From positions 1,376,001 to 1,440,000 of the forward strand of contig CAVUDP010000001.1 of assembly GCA_963740315.1 (NCBI GenBank): DNA of 64,000 nucleotides, in the 5' to 3' direction. The notes under the pieces were generated by a model. It worked only from the letters and a program-made list of their open reading frames with translations, was not told the DNA's origin and did no database searches. Source of the stretch: an uncultured cyanobacterium. GTDB lineage: Bacteria; Cyanobacteriota; Cyanobacteriia; Cyanobacteriales; Nostocaceae. This document shows positions 52,601 to 61,570 of the stretch, in pieces; within the stretch, counting starts at the first letter, position 1, and each line of letters starts with the position of its first letter. A program made the position numbers and the translations under genes.

Positions 52601-54355
52601 GTTATTACTATCCCAATTGCTGGTGACGATACTACAGTTATTGAAGGAAACTCTGGTACTACATCAACGCTAACTTTGAACCTTAATCGCTTCGGCGGTT
52701 TACTCGGAAGCGACACGGTAGAAATTGAAATTATTGCTGCTGGTGATAATCCTGCTCAAGCCTCCGATTTCGTTGGTGGTTTTTCTTCTCAACAAGTTAC
52801 TTTTGCACCTGATGAAGATACAAAAACAATTGATATTTCTATCAATCCAGATCAACAAATAGAGGGTGATGAGACATTCGGAGTTAGGCTCACAAGCGTA
52901 TCTGGATCGGCATTAGTTCCTAGTGAAGAACTGATATTTACAATACTTGACGATGACGAACAAATCATTGCGGGAAATACTCTCAACGACGCACTTCAAA
53001 TTACCTTAAATGGGAATGGCACCACACAGACATTTACGGATTCGGTGGGCAGCACCGATACCAACGACTACTATAGCTTCACTCTTGGTAGTAGTAGCGA
53101 TTTTAATCTTGAACTAAATGGCTTATCGGATGATGCTGACGTACAGTTACTTGACAGTAGTGGTGAGGTAATTGTTAGTCCAGAAAATAGTGGTACTACT
53201 GCTGAATTAATCAACCAAACTTTAGATGCAGGTGATTACTACATCCGGGTTCTTCCTTGGGAAGATGCTACTACCAGTTACAATTTGAATGTGTCGGCAA
53301 CCGCGTTTGATTTTGCAGGAAACACTATCAACGATGCACGTCAAATTAACTTAAATGGGAATGGCACCACGCAAATATTAAAAGATTGGGTAGGTAGTAC
53401 TGATAGCGATGATTATTATAGCTTGACTATTGGTAGTAGTAGCGATTTCAATCTTGAACTAAATGGCTTATCGGATGATGCTGACGTACAGTTACTTGAC
53501 AGTAGTGGTGAGGTAATTGTTAGTCCAGAAAATAGTGGTACTACTGCTGAATTAATCAACCAAACTTTAGATGCAGGTGATTACTACATCCGGGTTCTTC
53601 CTTGGGAAGATGCTACTACCAGTTACAATTTGAATGTGTCGGCAACCGCGTTTGATTTTGCAGGAAACACTATCAACGATGCACGTCAAATTAACTTAAA
53701 TGGGAATGGCACCACGCAAATATTAAAAGATTGGGTAGGTAGTACTGATAGCGATGATTATTATAGCTTGACTATTGGTAGTAGTAGCGATTTTAATCTT
53801 GAATTAAATGGCTTATCGGATGATGCTGACGTACAGTTACTTGACAGTAGTGGTGAGGTAATTGTTAGTCCAGAAAATAGTGGTACTACTGCTGAATTAA
53901 TCAACCAAACTTTAGATGCAGGTGATTACTACATCCGGGTTCTTCCTTGGGAAGATGCTACTACCAGTTACAATTTGAATGTGTCGGCAACCGCGTTTGA
54001 TTTTGCAGGAAACACTATCAACGACGCATATCAAATTAACTTAAATGGGAATGGCACCACACGAACATTTAAAGAATGGGTGGGTAGTACCGATAGCGAT
54101 AATTACTATCGTTTTAGTCTTGGTAGTACAAGTGATTTTAATCTGGAATTAAATGGCTTATCGGATGATGCCAACGTGCGGTTACTTGACAGTAATGGCG
54201 ATACAATTGTCGGTTCTTATAACTACGGTACAACTGCTGAATCAATTAATGGGACTATACTTCCAGGCGATTATTATATCCACGTGAATCAGGCTTGGGG
54301 ATATGACATTGATGCCAGCTATAACTTGAATGTATCGGTGGATGCCTTCAACTAA
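49682..54355 (+). CDS. V8/glutamyl-endopeptidase-like serine protease with RTX repeats, VWA, two Calx-beta and four PPC domains
   Basis: LTAAH, DDIAL, GYPGD, DTAGGQSGS, GVH; GNDRIFGGGADDRLEGGDGVD; IDTSGSM...LSDG; ILDD...EGNETL; DYYIRV repeats. RBS AAAGGAGA. Confidence 0.88.
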   Translation: MGVIGSDSREIVTSFGTLPISTVTAVDIQYDNTIPNRNRIGSGIVIAPYHVLTAAHNAYNTKNNIRPVSLRTTTSANQNSLNSRNINTPGAGDPNANVTNVNFLASFDQTEANGDDIALFTTSDAPIAASNVIGLMAFVNPETAKGFTIDTAGYPGDNVPNANRGIPGISGNSGLFGRDLVRSPGTAQSPGKIAYTIGKSFFYSPDVDTAGGQSGSGVWHTLEGDDKPRVLGVHAYGPSIDPNISAFFGLKNSGTLVTTDIYDEIMTQIEEDSGTGNANELPENAIIGSDRNVKTFNLPVDGTEFVSISGGNDYIHGSYRKERILGRSGNDRIFGGGADDRLEGGDGVDQALFSDIFTNYEFTITDPSNPAFEFRHTKGSKKDATDKTKDIEFGVFEFEDTDKDGNDDDGKLFYVPLQVDPEDNTKLKDGAIITPEKDIFNKDGEKIGTITVESPAWMFDGDVRYTLNIGSEQGLLYNFAYIIDTSGSMSGTPLAEAKTAYQTLTQSLMNTSVAGNSDRLPVMPNSIAGNSEFAVIPFNSSASLIAPLSASSAISTIDGLSADGGTYFGDALTKAQEFFTSPSRNNSATNIAYFLSDGYGSGASASLQSVAEVRAFGIGGADLSTLNIIDSDNAVLLSDPADLVTEFNTSTIDKNTIERIDVKLGVTVVDTITPEELVENTLGLQYKGTIEDLEVTRTAQNEISFDVVFKDDTPTASLDYKITTGQEEVKQQTNDGEKEVNIFGVNQTDFTGTSEEQSAKQEIIGNDLDNNIEVQNNKNTIFGNGGNDRFKLWGGVNLIDGGEGIDTVEINKTQAQAGGVSKSGNTVNIGTDNTLLNVEFIQFSDVRLAVDTLAVTPTISLANQGILIAESNTGSTTATFTVNLSSTATEDVVIDFTTRSDDAEVGTDFVENTGQLTITAGETSGDITLEILDDTNVEGNETLFLDLSVVSGGTFANGGITETAGVKILDDDSVITIPIAGDDTTVIEGNSGTTSTLTLNLNRFGGLLGSDTVEIEIIAAGDNPAQASDFVGGFSSQQVTFAPDEDTKTIDISINPDQQIEGDETFGVRLTSVSGSALVPSEELIFTILDDDEQIIAGNTLNDALQITLNGNGTTQTFTDSVGSTDTNDYYSFTLGSSSDFNLELNGLSDDADVQLLDSSGEVIVSPENSGTTAELINQTLDAGDYYIRVLPWEDATTSYNLNVSATAFDFAGNTINDARQINLNGNGTTQILKDWVGSTDSDDYYSLTIGSSSDFNLELNGLSDDADVQLLDSSGEVIVSPENSGTTAELINQTLDAGDYYIRVLPWEDATTSYNLNVSATAFDFAGNTINDARQINLNGNGTTQILKDWVGSTDSDDYYSLTIGSSSDFNLELNGLSDDADVQLLDSSGEVIVSPENSGTTAELINQTLDAGDYYIRVLPWEDATTSYNLNVSATAFDFAGNTINDAYQINLNGNGTTRTFKEWVGSTDSDNYYRFSLGSTSDFNLELNGLSDDANVRLLDSNGDTIVGSYNYGTTAESINGTILPGDYYIHVNQAWGYDIDASYNLNVSVDAFN
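52970..54349 (+). repeat. Four intragenic 345-bp tandem repeats (PPC domains)
   Basis: Units start at 52970, 53315, 53660 and 54005. Units 2 and 3 are almost identical. Confidence 0.92.
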
Positions 54356-54378
54356 GCTTAAACTGGATTTAAAAATAA

Positions 54379-54545
54379 GGTATTGACGAGATTACAGATT
54401 TCTGTGCCACCGACGACAAAATCCACGTCTCTGCTGCTGGCTTTGGTGGCGGACTAACTGAAGGTGATACTATCTCAGAAGACCAGATTCTTATCGGTAG
54501 TAGTTCGGCGAATAATGCTACCCAAAGTTAATTATTTACACTCAG
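54379..54545 (+). pseudogene. Remnant of an RTX/type I secretion C-terminal domain
   Basis: Translates GIDEITDFCATDDKIHVSAAGFGGGLTEGDTISEDQILIGSSSANNATQS*. No start, and out of frame with the protease. Confidence 0.75.
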
Positions 54546-54861
54546 GAACTAAACGGTTAACTGGGTATTTTTTATTGCCTGCTAATGAAGGCGAACTGTC
54601 TTTTTGCGATCGCCCGATGTTTATTGCAACAGTTAATACTGCATACAAGATTAAGAATTGTTTCAATTTATGCTTTTTTTGATTGTTTGACTGAGAAAAC
54701 ATAGGAGGCGAAATTGATTTATCAAAAAAGTCACCATAAGATCGATTTAATCGTGCGTGTAAACACGATTGTTGATTGTTAAAAAAGTTAATAGTTAAAC
54801 TCTGACTGTACGGTATAAAATATCCAAGTCATCTCTGTAATTTAATTTCATGAACTGAACG

Positions 54862-55371
54862 ATGAATTATCTCAAAACAAATTTAACTGCTCCAACAGCA
54901 ACTTTCGTTTCTCTGATAGCTTTAACCTTATCGATTGGAATGCAACAGGTTAAGGCTCTAGATTCATCTAAAAAAGTATCAACACAAACACCTTCCCCCA
55001 GCCTTCCGTCGTCTTCATCCTTCAAGATTGCTCAATCTAATCCCATTTATGGACAATGGAAGCTGAGATTCAGTAATGCTGGGGTAATCTACGAAAGTGT
55101 TTTGCGTATGAATGGCTACTCAGGTATCATGCTTACCAGATATTATGACGTGAATTATAGACGTTCTGTTATTGTGCAGCAAACAATGAAATTGAGTTCT
55201 TCTGCAAAGGGACTAGTTATATTGGGCTATAATCCTGTTTACGCTGGTACCAAAACTCGTCACCCAACATACAGCCCTGATAACTTCCTCTTTCAAATCA
55301 ACCCAAATGGATCGGTCAGATTTGCAACTTGTGATGATGCGAGAAGATGTTCGCCTGTAGAAATATTCTGA
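54862..55371 (+). CDS. Secreted hypothetical protein
   Basis: Signal-peptide-like N terminus, S/P linker, IAQ motif, beta-rich domain with two terminal Cys. Confidence 0.65.
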   Translation: MNYLKTNLTAPTATFVSLIALTLSIGMQQVKALDSSKKVSTQTPSPSLPSSSSFKIAQSNPIYGQWKLRFSNAGVIYESVLRMNGYSGIMLTRYYDVNYRRSVIVQQTMKLSSSAKGLVILGYNPVYAGTKTRHPTYSPDNFLFQINPNGSVRFATCDDARRCSPVEIF

Positions 55372-55487
55372 TATATTTAGTGGTTTACCACATTAGTTTT
55401 AATTGGTTTGTAGTTGGGATGAACCGCTCTAATAAAGTTATTAAATAAAAGCGCGGGCATCGCAACTATGAGCCTTGAAACCAGTTG

Positions 55488-55889
55488 TCAATTCGGTTGC
55501 TTGGCACGAACTTCAATATCTTCAAGTGTTTGCAGCAAAAGACGCTTAGCTTGCATTTCCCAACCTAATTTTTGAATTTTGATGGCAGCAAAAGTACCAC
55601 CGATCGCAGGTAACAAGCCGATGTATTGATGAAGCGAAATTCCGAGTAACAAACCCAAACCAGCAATTCCCCAAAACGGTAAAGCTACTGTTTGTCGTTG
55701 TTCTTCAATAATTTTATTTAGTTCACCCGACGGCATTTGAGTTAATAATTCTTCTTTCACCTGTCGCAGTTCTGCCATTGGTACAGCTAAACAAATCTTC
55801 CGTCGCAGTTTTTCAATTTTACGGGCATCGGTGCTGTATTCTGTAAGTTCATCAAGAGTCATTGACAACAAACGGTTTAATTGTTCCAC
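55488..55889 (-). CDS. Hypothetical membrane protein
   Basis: GTG start and two hydrophobic segments. Confidence 0.6.
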   Translation of the reverse strand: MEQLNRLLSMTLDELTEYSTDARKIEKLRRKICLAVPMAELRQVKEELLTQMPSGELNKIIEEQRQTVALPFWGIAGLGLLLGISLHQYIGLLPAIGGTFAAIKIQKLGWEMQAKRLLLQTLEDIEVRAKQPN

Positions 55890-56090
55890 TGTGTGCTTTA
55901 ATTCCCTTGTTTTTTTTTTATAAAAAGCTATTCAATCCACATCTAGGTATATTATCAGTTTACGCGGGTAGAATGCGATCGGCGCAGCGGTGCAGGCGAT
56001 CGCATGTTTGGTAATTTCATGCTCCATTTATGAGTATTACTTAATTGAAATTCTGCAACTATTAGTTTCTAAAATTTAACTTGAATTTAA

Positions 56091-56443
56091 CTAACATCTT
56101 GCACCATTCGAGGGTTAGCCTTGAAACCACCTCGGAATCAATTAGCGAAAGTCTACTGAAGTAGACTAAAAGTCTTGTCCAGTCCTATTTATCTGACATC
56201 TTGCACCATTTTCGTTAAACCTTCATAACCGCCTTGAAATCAATTTCAAGGCTCATATACAAAGTACGTTAAAACGCACTAAAAGCCCTGTTCAGTCTTC
56301 TTTAGAAGACTTTGTATATTAGCCTGAGAATTTATTCTAAGGCGGTTGTTGAGAATGGTGCAAGATGTGAGATTTATAGGACTTTTGCTATGAGACAGGG
56401 GTTTGCAACCCCTGGCGGTGTTGAAAATGGTGCAAGATATCAG
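56091..56443. mobile_element. Outer MITE with 6-bp TSD ATTTAA
   Basis: TIRs CTAACATCTTGCACCATT / AATGGTGCAAGATATCAG. TSD at 56085-56090 and 56444-56449. Confidence 0.88.
56193..56371. mobile_element. Inner MITE of the same family with 6-bp TSD ATTTAT
   Basis: TIRs CTGACATCTTGCACCATT / AATGGTGCAAGATGTGAG. TSD at 56187-56192 and 56372-56377. Confidence 0.88.
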
Positions 56444-56521
56444 ATTTAATCGACTTCTTCGAGGAGTCGGTTTTTTTTTGTTTCTACGATCAAAAACACA
56501 GCCTCTATCAAATCACCAAAG

Positions 56522-56573
56522 ATTAATCAGAGGATAATCTTTTATTAACTCAGATGGATAGAAATATTAACTA
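56522..56573 (+). promoter_or_regulatory. Probable Pho box (SphR site)
   Basis: ATTAATCA (56522), GATAATCT (56533), ATTAACTC (56544), ATTAACTA (56566) in 11-bp register, then TAGGCT. Confidence 0.5.
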
Positions 56574-56649
56574 CATTACATATAGGCTAAGAACAAGGCT
56601 ATAATTTCGCCGATTCAGTCAGTAAAAATACATATAAAGGAACATCTAA

Positions 56650-59601
56650 ATGGCGGTTAATTTAACAGGATTCGCATCATTGCCAGCTGATACTTTTGCG
56701 GAAGGTCCTCCAGCAGGTGCCGATATTTCTGCAAATGGGCGCACGGGACCTTTTCCAGGGCAGCCAGTTCAAGGTTTTAGTGGAGTACAGTTTGCACCCG
56801 ATGATAAAGGTTCTTACTGGTTTTTATCGGACAATGGTTTTGGAAATAAAAATAATAGTGCTGATTATCTATTACGGATTTATCAGGTAAATCCCGATTT
56901 TAAGCAAGAAAACGCAGGGGATGGAACTATTGAAGTTGAGAATTTTATCCAGCTTTCCGATCCTAATAATTTGATTCCTTTTGATATTGTTAACGAGGAT
57001 TCTACACAACGATTATTGACTGGTGCTGATTTTGATATTGAATCTTTTGTTATAGCTGATGACGGTTCGATTTGGATCGGCGATGAATTTGGACCGTTTT
57101 TGCTTCACTTTGATTCCACGGGAAAATTGATAGAAGCACCGATCGCAACTCCGAATTTAGCAACTAGCGATGAACCAGAAGTGCGATCGCCACAAAATCC
57201 CGATGTCCTCTTCAACACCTTGGATGGCGAACCACCGTTAGTAATTGCTCACCGTGGTGCTAGTGGAGAATTACCAGAACATACTTTAGCTGCTTATCGT
57301 CGCGCTATTGTTCAAGGTGCTGATTTTATCGAACCGGATTTGGTTATTACTAAAGATGGTATGTTGATTGCACGTCACGAACCGATTTTAGATGACACCA
57401 CTAACGTTGCTGAGGTGTTTGGGGAGGAGCGTAAATCTACTAAAAATCTTGATGGTGAAGAAGTTACGGCTTATTTTGCGGAAGATTTTACTTTAGCTGA
57501 AATCAAGCAGTTGCGAGCGGTACAGCCCCGCGATTTCCGCGATCGATCCTTTAACGGTGAATTTGAAATTCCTACTTTCCAAGAAGTTATCGAACTGGTA
57601 CAGCAAGTAGAAGCGGAAACCGGGGAAAAAGTAGGGATATATCCAGAGACGAAACACCCGACTTTCTTTGACGAGCAAGGGTTATCGTTGGAGGAGCCGT
57701 TAATTGCAACTTTACAGGCAACTGGTTTTACCGATCCAAGTAGAATCTTTATTCAGTCTTTTGAAGTTGCCAATCTGCTCGATTTACAAAATAATCTTCT
57801 TCCCAACGCAGGTTTTGATTTACCTTTGGTGCAGCTTTTCGGTGATGTCGAAGATGATTTTATCAACGAAAACGGTGGGGGTTTCTCGGTACCTTACGAT
57901 ATTGTCGCTAATTTCAGCAATCCCGACTTTGACGCAGCAGACGCGAAAGCTATTTACGGCGATTTTGTTAGTATCGTTCCCGACTTTGGCAAAGATATTA
58001 CGGGTGATGGTATTCCCGATACGACTTATCAAGATTTAGCCACCAAGGAAATCTTTGATTACATCGGTGAAACTTACGCAGAAGGTGTTGGTCCCTGGAA
58101 AAACAGTTTTGTGTTAAGAGAATCTATAGATACTCCCGTTGATGCGAATGGTGATGGTAATGCCGAAATAACTACTCAATTAACCGGAGAAATTCGTCCT
58201 TATGTAGAATGGGCGCACGATGCAGGAATGCAGATTCATCCTTACACTTTGCGAAATGAGGAACGTTATTTAACTTTAAACCCCGATGGTACGGTGCAAA
58301 CTCCGGAAGGTGAATTTAAGCAGTTTATTGAATTGGGTGTAGATGGTTTTTTCACCGATTTCCCCGAATCTGGAAGAATTGCCGTTAACCAAGAAATTGT
58401 TCCTGCCAATCTTGCTTCGTCTCGCGGTTTTGAAGGAATGGCATTTAGTCCCGATCGCAAAACCTTATATCCTTTATTAGAAGGTGCGGTTGAAGGAGAT
58501 CCTGACGACGCTTTACGAATCTACAAGTTTGATGCGACAACCAGCAAGTATACCGGTAAGGTTGGTTTCTATCAAACATCAGTTCCCGGTCATGCGATCG
58601 GTGATTTTACTCCTATCAACGATTCAGAATTTTTAGTTATAGAAAGGGATGGAAAGCAAGGAGATGAAGCCGAATTCAAGAAAATCTTCAAAGTTGATAT
58701 TTCCAACATAGATCAAAACGGCTATGTGGAGAAATCAGAAGTTGTCGATTTATTGAATATACAAGATCCTAACGACCTCAACAACGATGGTAAAACCAGC
58801 TTTGATTTCCCTTTCGTCACCATCGAAGATGTTTTAGTTATCGACGAAAACACGATTTTAGTTGCTAACGACAATAATTATCCCTTTTCTACCGGACGCG
58901 ATGAGGGTATCGATAACAATGAAGTCATCCTCCTAAAGTTAGATAAAGCCTTAGATTTAGATCCGCTTTTAGGTAGAAGTGCTATGGAGAAGGAAGAATC
59001 TAAACTAGTCGCGGGTAGCGGTGGTGAAGATTTATTTATCGCTGGAATTAACTTTAAGGGTGATAATAACAGCCTGTTTGCTGGCTCTGGTAACGATGAA
59101 ATTGATTTAGCCTTTGGTGTAGGTAACAACCGCGTTAATGCTGGAAGTGGCGATGATGTTATCTATGTAAATAGTAAAGATAGAGTTTTCGGTGGAACTG
59201 GTAATGACGAATTCGATGCTACCGATGGAATGGGTGGTAATCGGATGTCTGGTGGTATGGGTGATGATATCTTCTATCTTGGTAAAGGCGATCGCGCTTT
59301 GGGTGGTGAAGGTAACGATAAATTCTTCGTTCAATCCGGTGGTGGGAATATCCTATCAGGTGGTGCAGGTGCAGATCAATTTTGGATTGTTAGCGGAGAG
59401 ATTGCTGAAGCTGCAAATACCATTGTTGATTTTGAAGTTGGTAGTGATGCGATCGGTATTTTGGGTTTGGGAATCGATGCAAATAGTTTAACGCTGACTG
59501 AATTGGATGGTAATACTGAAATTAATTTTGGCAGTCAAACTTTAGCAATGGTTAACGGTGTGACTGGTTTAGATATTGATACCAGCATTGTATTTGCTTG
59601 A
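56650..59601 (+). CDS. Esterase-like-phytase domain with nested glycerophosphodiester phosphodiesterase and RTX-like tail
   Basis: QGFSG, SDNGFG, DIES, GDEFGP; IAHRGASG..PEHT, IEPD, YPETKHP, FIQSFE, GFFTDFP; SRGFEGMA, ANDNNYP; GSGNDEI/GGTGND repeats. Confidence 0.9.
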   Translation: MAVNLTGFASLPADTFAEGPPAGADISANGRTGPFPGQPVQGFSGVQFAPDDKGSYWFLSDNGFGNKNNSADYLLRIYQVNPDFKQENAGDGTIEVENFIQLSDPNNLIPFDIVNEDSTQRLLTGADFDIESFVIADDGSIWIGDEFGPFLLHFDSTGKLIEAPIATPNLATSDEPEVRSPQNPDVLFNTLDGEPPLVIAHRGASGELPEHTLAAYRRAIVQGADFIEPDLVITKDGMLIARHEPILDDTTNVAEVFGEERKSTKNLDGEEVTAYFAEDFTLAEIKQLRAVQPRDFRDRSFNGEFEIPTFQEVIELVQQVEAETGEKVGIYPETKHPTFFDEQGLSLEEPLIATLQATGFTDPSRIFIQSFEVANLLDLQNNLLPNAGFDLPLVQLFGDVEDDFINENGGGFSVPYDIVANFSNPDFDAADAKAIYGDFVSIVPDFGKDITGDGIPDTTYQDLATKEIFDYIGETYAEGVGPWKNSFVLRESIDTPVDANGDGNAEITTQLTGEIRPYVEWAHDAGMQIHPYTLRNEERYLTLNPDGTVQTPEGEFKQFIELGVDGFFTDFPESGRIAVNQEIVPANLASSRGFEGMAFSPDRKTLYPLLEGAVEGDPDDALRIYKFDATTSKYTGKVGFYQTSVPGHAIGDFTPINDSEFLVIERDGKQGDEAEFKKIFKVDISNIDQNGYVEKSEVVDLLNIQDPNDLNNDGKTSFDFPFVTIEDVLVIDENTILVANDNNYPFSTGRDEGIDNNEVILLKLDKALDLDPLLGRSAMEKEESKLVAGSGGEDLFIAGINFKGDNNSLFAGSGNDEIDLAFGVGNNRVNAGSGDDVIYVNSKDRVFGGTGNDEFDATDGMGGNRMSGGMGDDIFYLGKGDRALGGEGNDKFFVQSGGGNILSGGAGADQFWIVSGEIAEAANTIVDFEVGSDAIGILGLGIDANSLTLTELDGNTEINFGSQTLAMVNGVTGLDIDTSIVFA

Positions 59602-59974
59602 TGTTTGATTGAGACTCTTGTGGGATGGGCATCCCTGCCCGTCCTCCATAAGACATGATCTGACAAAAGTAGGCTGAAATTTATCAACTTTTCATACTGA
59701 ATCTTTAGCAGCATTATTTATCAAAACTTTATGAAAAAAGTATGTAGTTTCCCGTATGTATTTCAAGTATAATTTCCTATAGAAAAGCAACAACTAACAT
59801 CATAAGTAGTTAAGCAAATTATTTATATAATTACTACTCAGTTATATAAGCCCTCCCTAGAAGAAATGTTCAATTAATTTTGCACAAGTACTTATTTTTT
59901 GTTTGCTTTGAATTTTTAGGGAAAATATAAGGCTGTTTCATGCACAACTAACGATGAGTCAAGGAAACTAAAAT

Positions 59975-61570
59975 ATGTCGCAGAATTCAAATTTGCCTGT
60001 CAAACAGATTCCCCTAATTTTCGATGATGACGGTAGCCAAGATGGAATGACGGCTTTAGCATATATGCTGGCAAATCCTAAATTTGATGTTCAAGCTATT
60101 ACCATTGTTAATGGAATCGCCCGACCAGAAACCTTTGATGATAATCTTATAAGGATGTTGGGACGTTTGGGAGATACAGATATTCCTGTTGGAGTAGGAC
60201 GTTCAACACCTTTAGAAGGAAACAACGAATTTCCTGACTTTATCCGAGATGGAGCGGATACTTTCTGGTCTCCTTTTATAACCTTACCAGAAGAAGTACC
60301 AGATATTGAGACTAAGCCTGCGGTAGACCTGATAATCGAAACTATCAAAAACTCACCAGAACCAGTAGCAATTCTGGCAACAGGTCCTCTGACAAATATT
60401 GCAGAAGCCTTGCGTCAAGACCCCTCGATTATCGATAACATTTCGATAGTGCAAATCATGGGGGGAGCAGTTTTTGTTCCTGGTAACTTACCCGTACTTC
60501 CCGATCCACCTTTTTCTACCAACGAAACAGCCGAGTTTAATATCTGGCTCGATCCAGTTGCAGCCCAAGAGGTCTTTGATGCAGGTCAAAAAGGGCTGAA
60601 AATTCAAATTACCCCACTTGATGCGACAAATCAAGTTGAGTTTGACCGTCAGGATTATCTGGAATGGTTAGAAACCGGAACCCCAGAAAGCTTAATTGCA
60701 GCAGAATTTTTAGACTTTGCTTTGACGGTGATTCAAAGTGACAATGACCCCAATCCTGTTTGGGATTTAGTTGCAGCTATCAACCTCAGCGAACCGGATT
60801 TTTCACCTGAAACACCATTGTATATTGATGTCGATACCGAATCCGCTCCCGGAGATACTCAAGGACAAACCAAAGCTGTTTCTGGTTTAACTCCAAATGT
60901 CTTAGTTTCCCTAAACCCTAGCTTTGACAACATTGCTTTTGACGCTGAAGAAGTTTTCTCATACCTAGAATTACCAGTTGTTAATAAAATAGTTGGAACC
61001 CCACAAGATGATAATGTAATTGGTACTAATGCTACCGAAACTATCTTTACGGGTGCTGGTAACGATGAGATCGATTTAGCTTTTGGTGGAAGCAACAACC
61101 GGGTTAATGCTGGTAGCGGCGACGATCTAATTTATGTAGGTAATCAAAACCGCGTTTTCGGTAGTGCCGGTAATGACGAATTCGATGCTACCGATGGAAT
61201 GGGTGGTAATCGGATGTCTGGTGGTATGGGTGATGATATCTTCTATCTTGGTAAAGGCGATCGCGCTTTGGGTGGTGAAGGTAACGATAAATTCTTCGTT
61301 CAATCCGGTGGTGGGAATATTATATCTGGCGGTGCGGGTTCCGATCAATTTTGGATTGTTAGCGGAGAGATTCCGGAAGCTGCGAATACCATTGTTGATT
61401 TTGAAGTTGGTAGTGATGCGATCGGTATTTTGGGTTTGGGAATTGATGCCAATGCTTTGACGCTGAATGAAATGGATGGTAACACCGAAGTTGCTTTTAA
61501 TGGTCAAACGTTAGCAATGGTTAATGGTGTGACTGGTTTATATATTGATACCAGCATTGTATTTGCTTGA
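59975..61570 (+). CDS. Nucleoside hydrolase (IUNH family) with RTX-like tail
   Basis: FDDDGSQDG, ATGPLTNIA, IMGGA, AEFNIWLDP.AA, PLDAT, WD. Tail shared with the upstream gene. Confidence 0.88.
   Translation: MSQNSNLPVKQIPLIFDDDGSQDGMTALAYMLANPKFDVQAITIVNGIARPETFDDNLIRMLGRLGDTDIPVGVGRSTPLEGNNEFPDFIRDGADTFWSPFITLPEEVPDIETKPAVDLIIETIKNSPEPVAILATGPLTNIAEALRQDPSIIDNISIVQIMGGAVFVPGNLPVLPDPPFSTNETAEFNIWLDPVAAQEVFDAGQKGLKIQITPLDATNQVEFDRQDYLEWLETGTPESLIAAEFLDFALTVIQSDNDPNPVWDLVAAINLSEPDFSPETPLYIDVDTESAPGDTQGQTKAVSGLTPNVLVSLNPSFDNIAFDAEEVFSYLELPVVNKIVGTPQDDNVIGTNATETIFTGAGNDEIDLAFGGSNNRVNAGSGDDLIYVGNQNRVFGSAGNDEFDATDGMGGNRMSGGMGDDIFYLGKGDRALGGEGNDKFFVQSGGGNIISGGAGSDQFWIVSGEIPEAANTIVDFEVGSDAIGILGLGIDANALTLNEMDGNTEVAFNGQTLAMVNGVTGLYIDTSIVFA

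Noticed and set aside
52970..54349. Diversity-generating retroelement template/variable repeats
   Set aside because: The repeats are in-frame tandem domains, differences are not adenine-specific, and no reverse transcriptase is present. The same applies to the shared gene tails.
54464..54682. 72-aa ORF
   Set aside because: It is an off-frame reading of the RTX C-terminal relic and flanking DNA.
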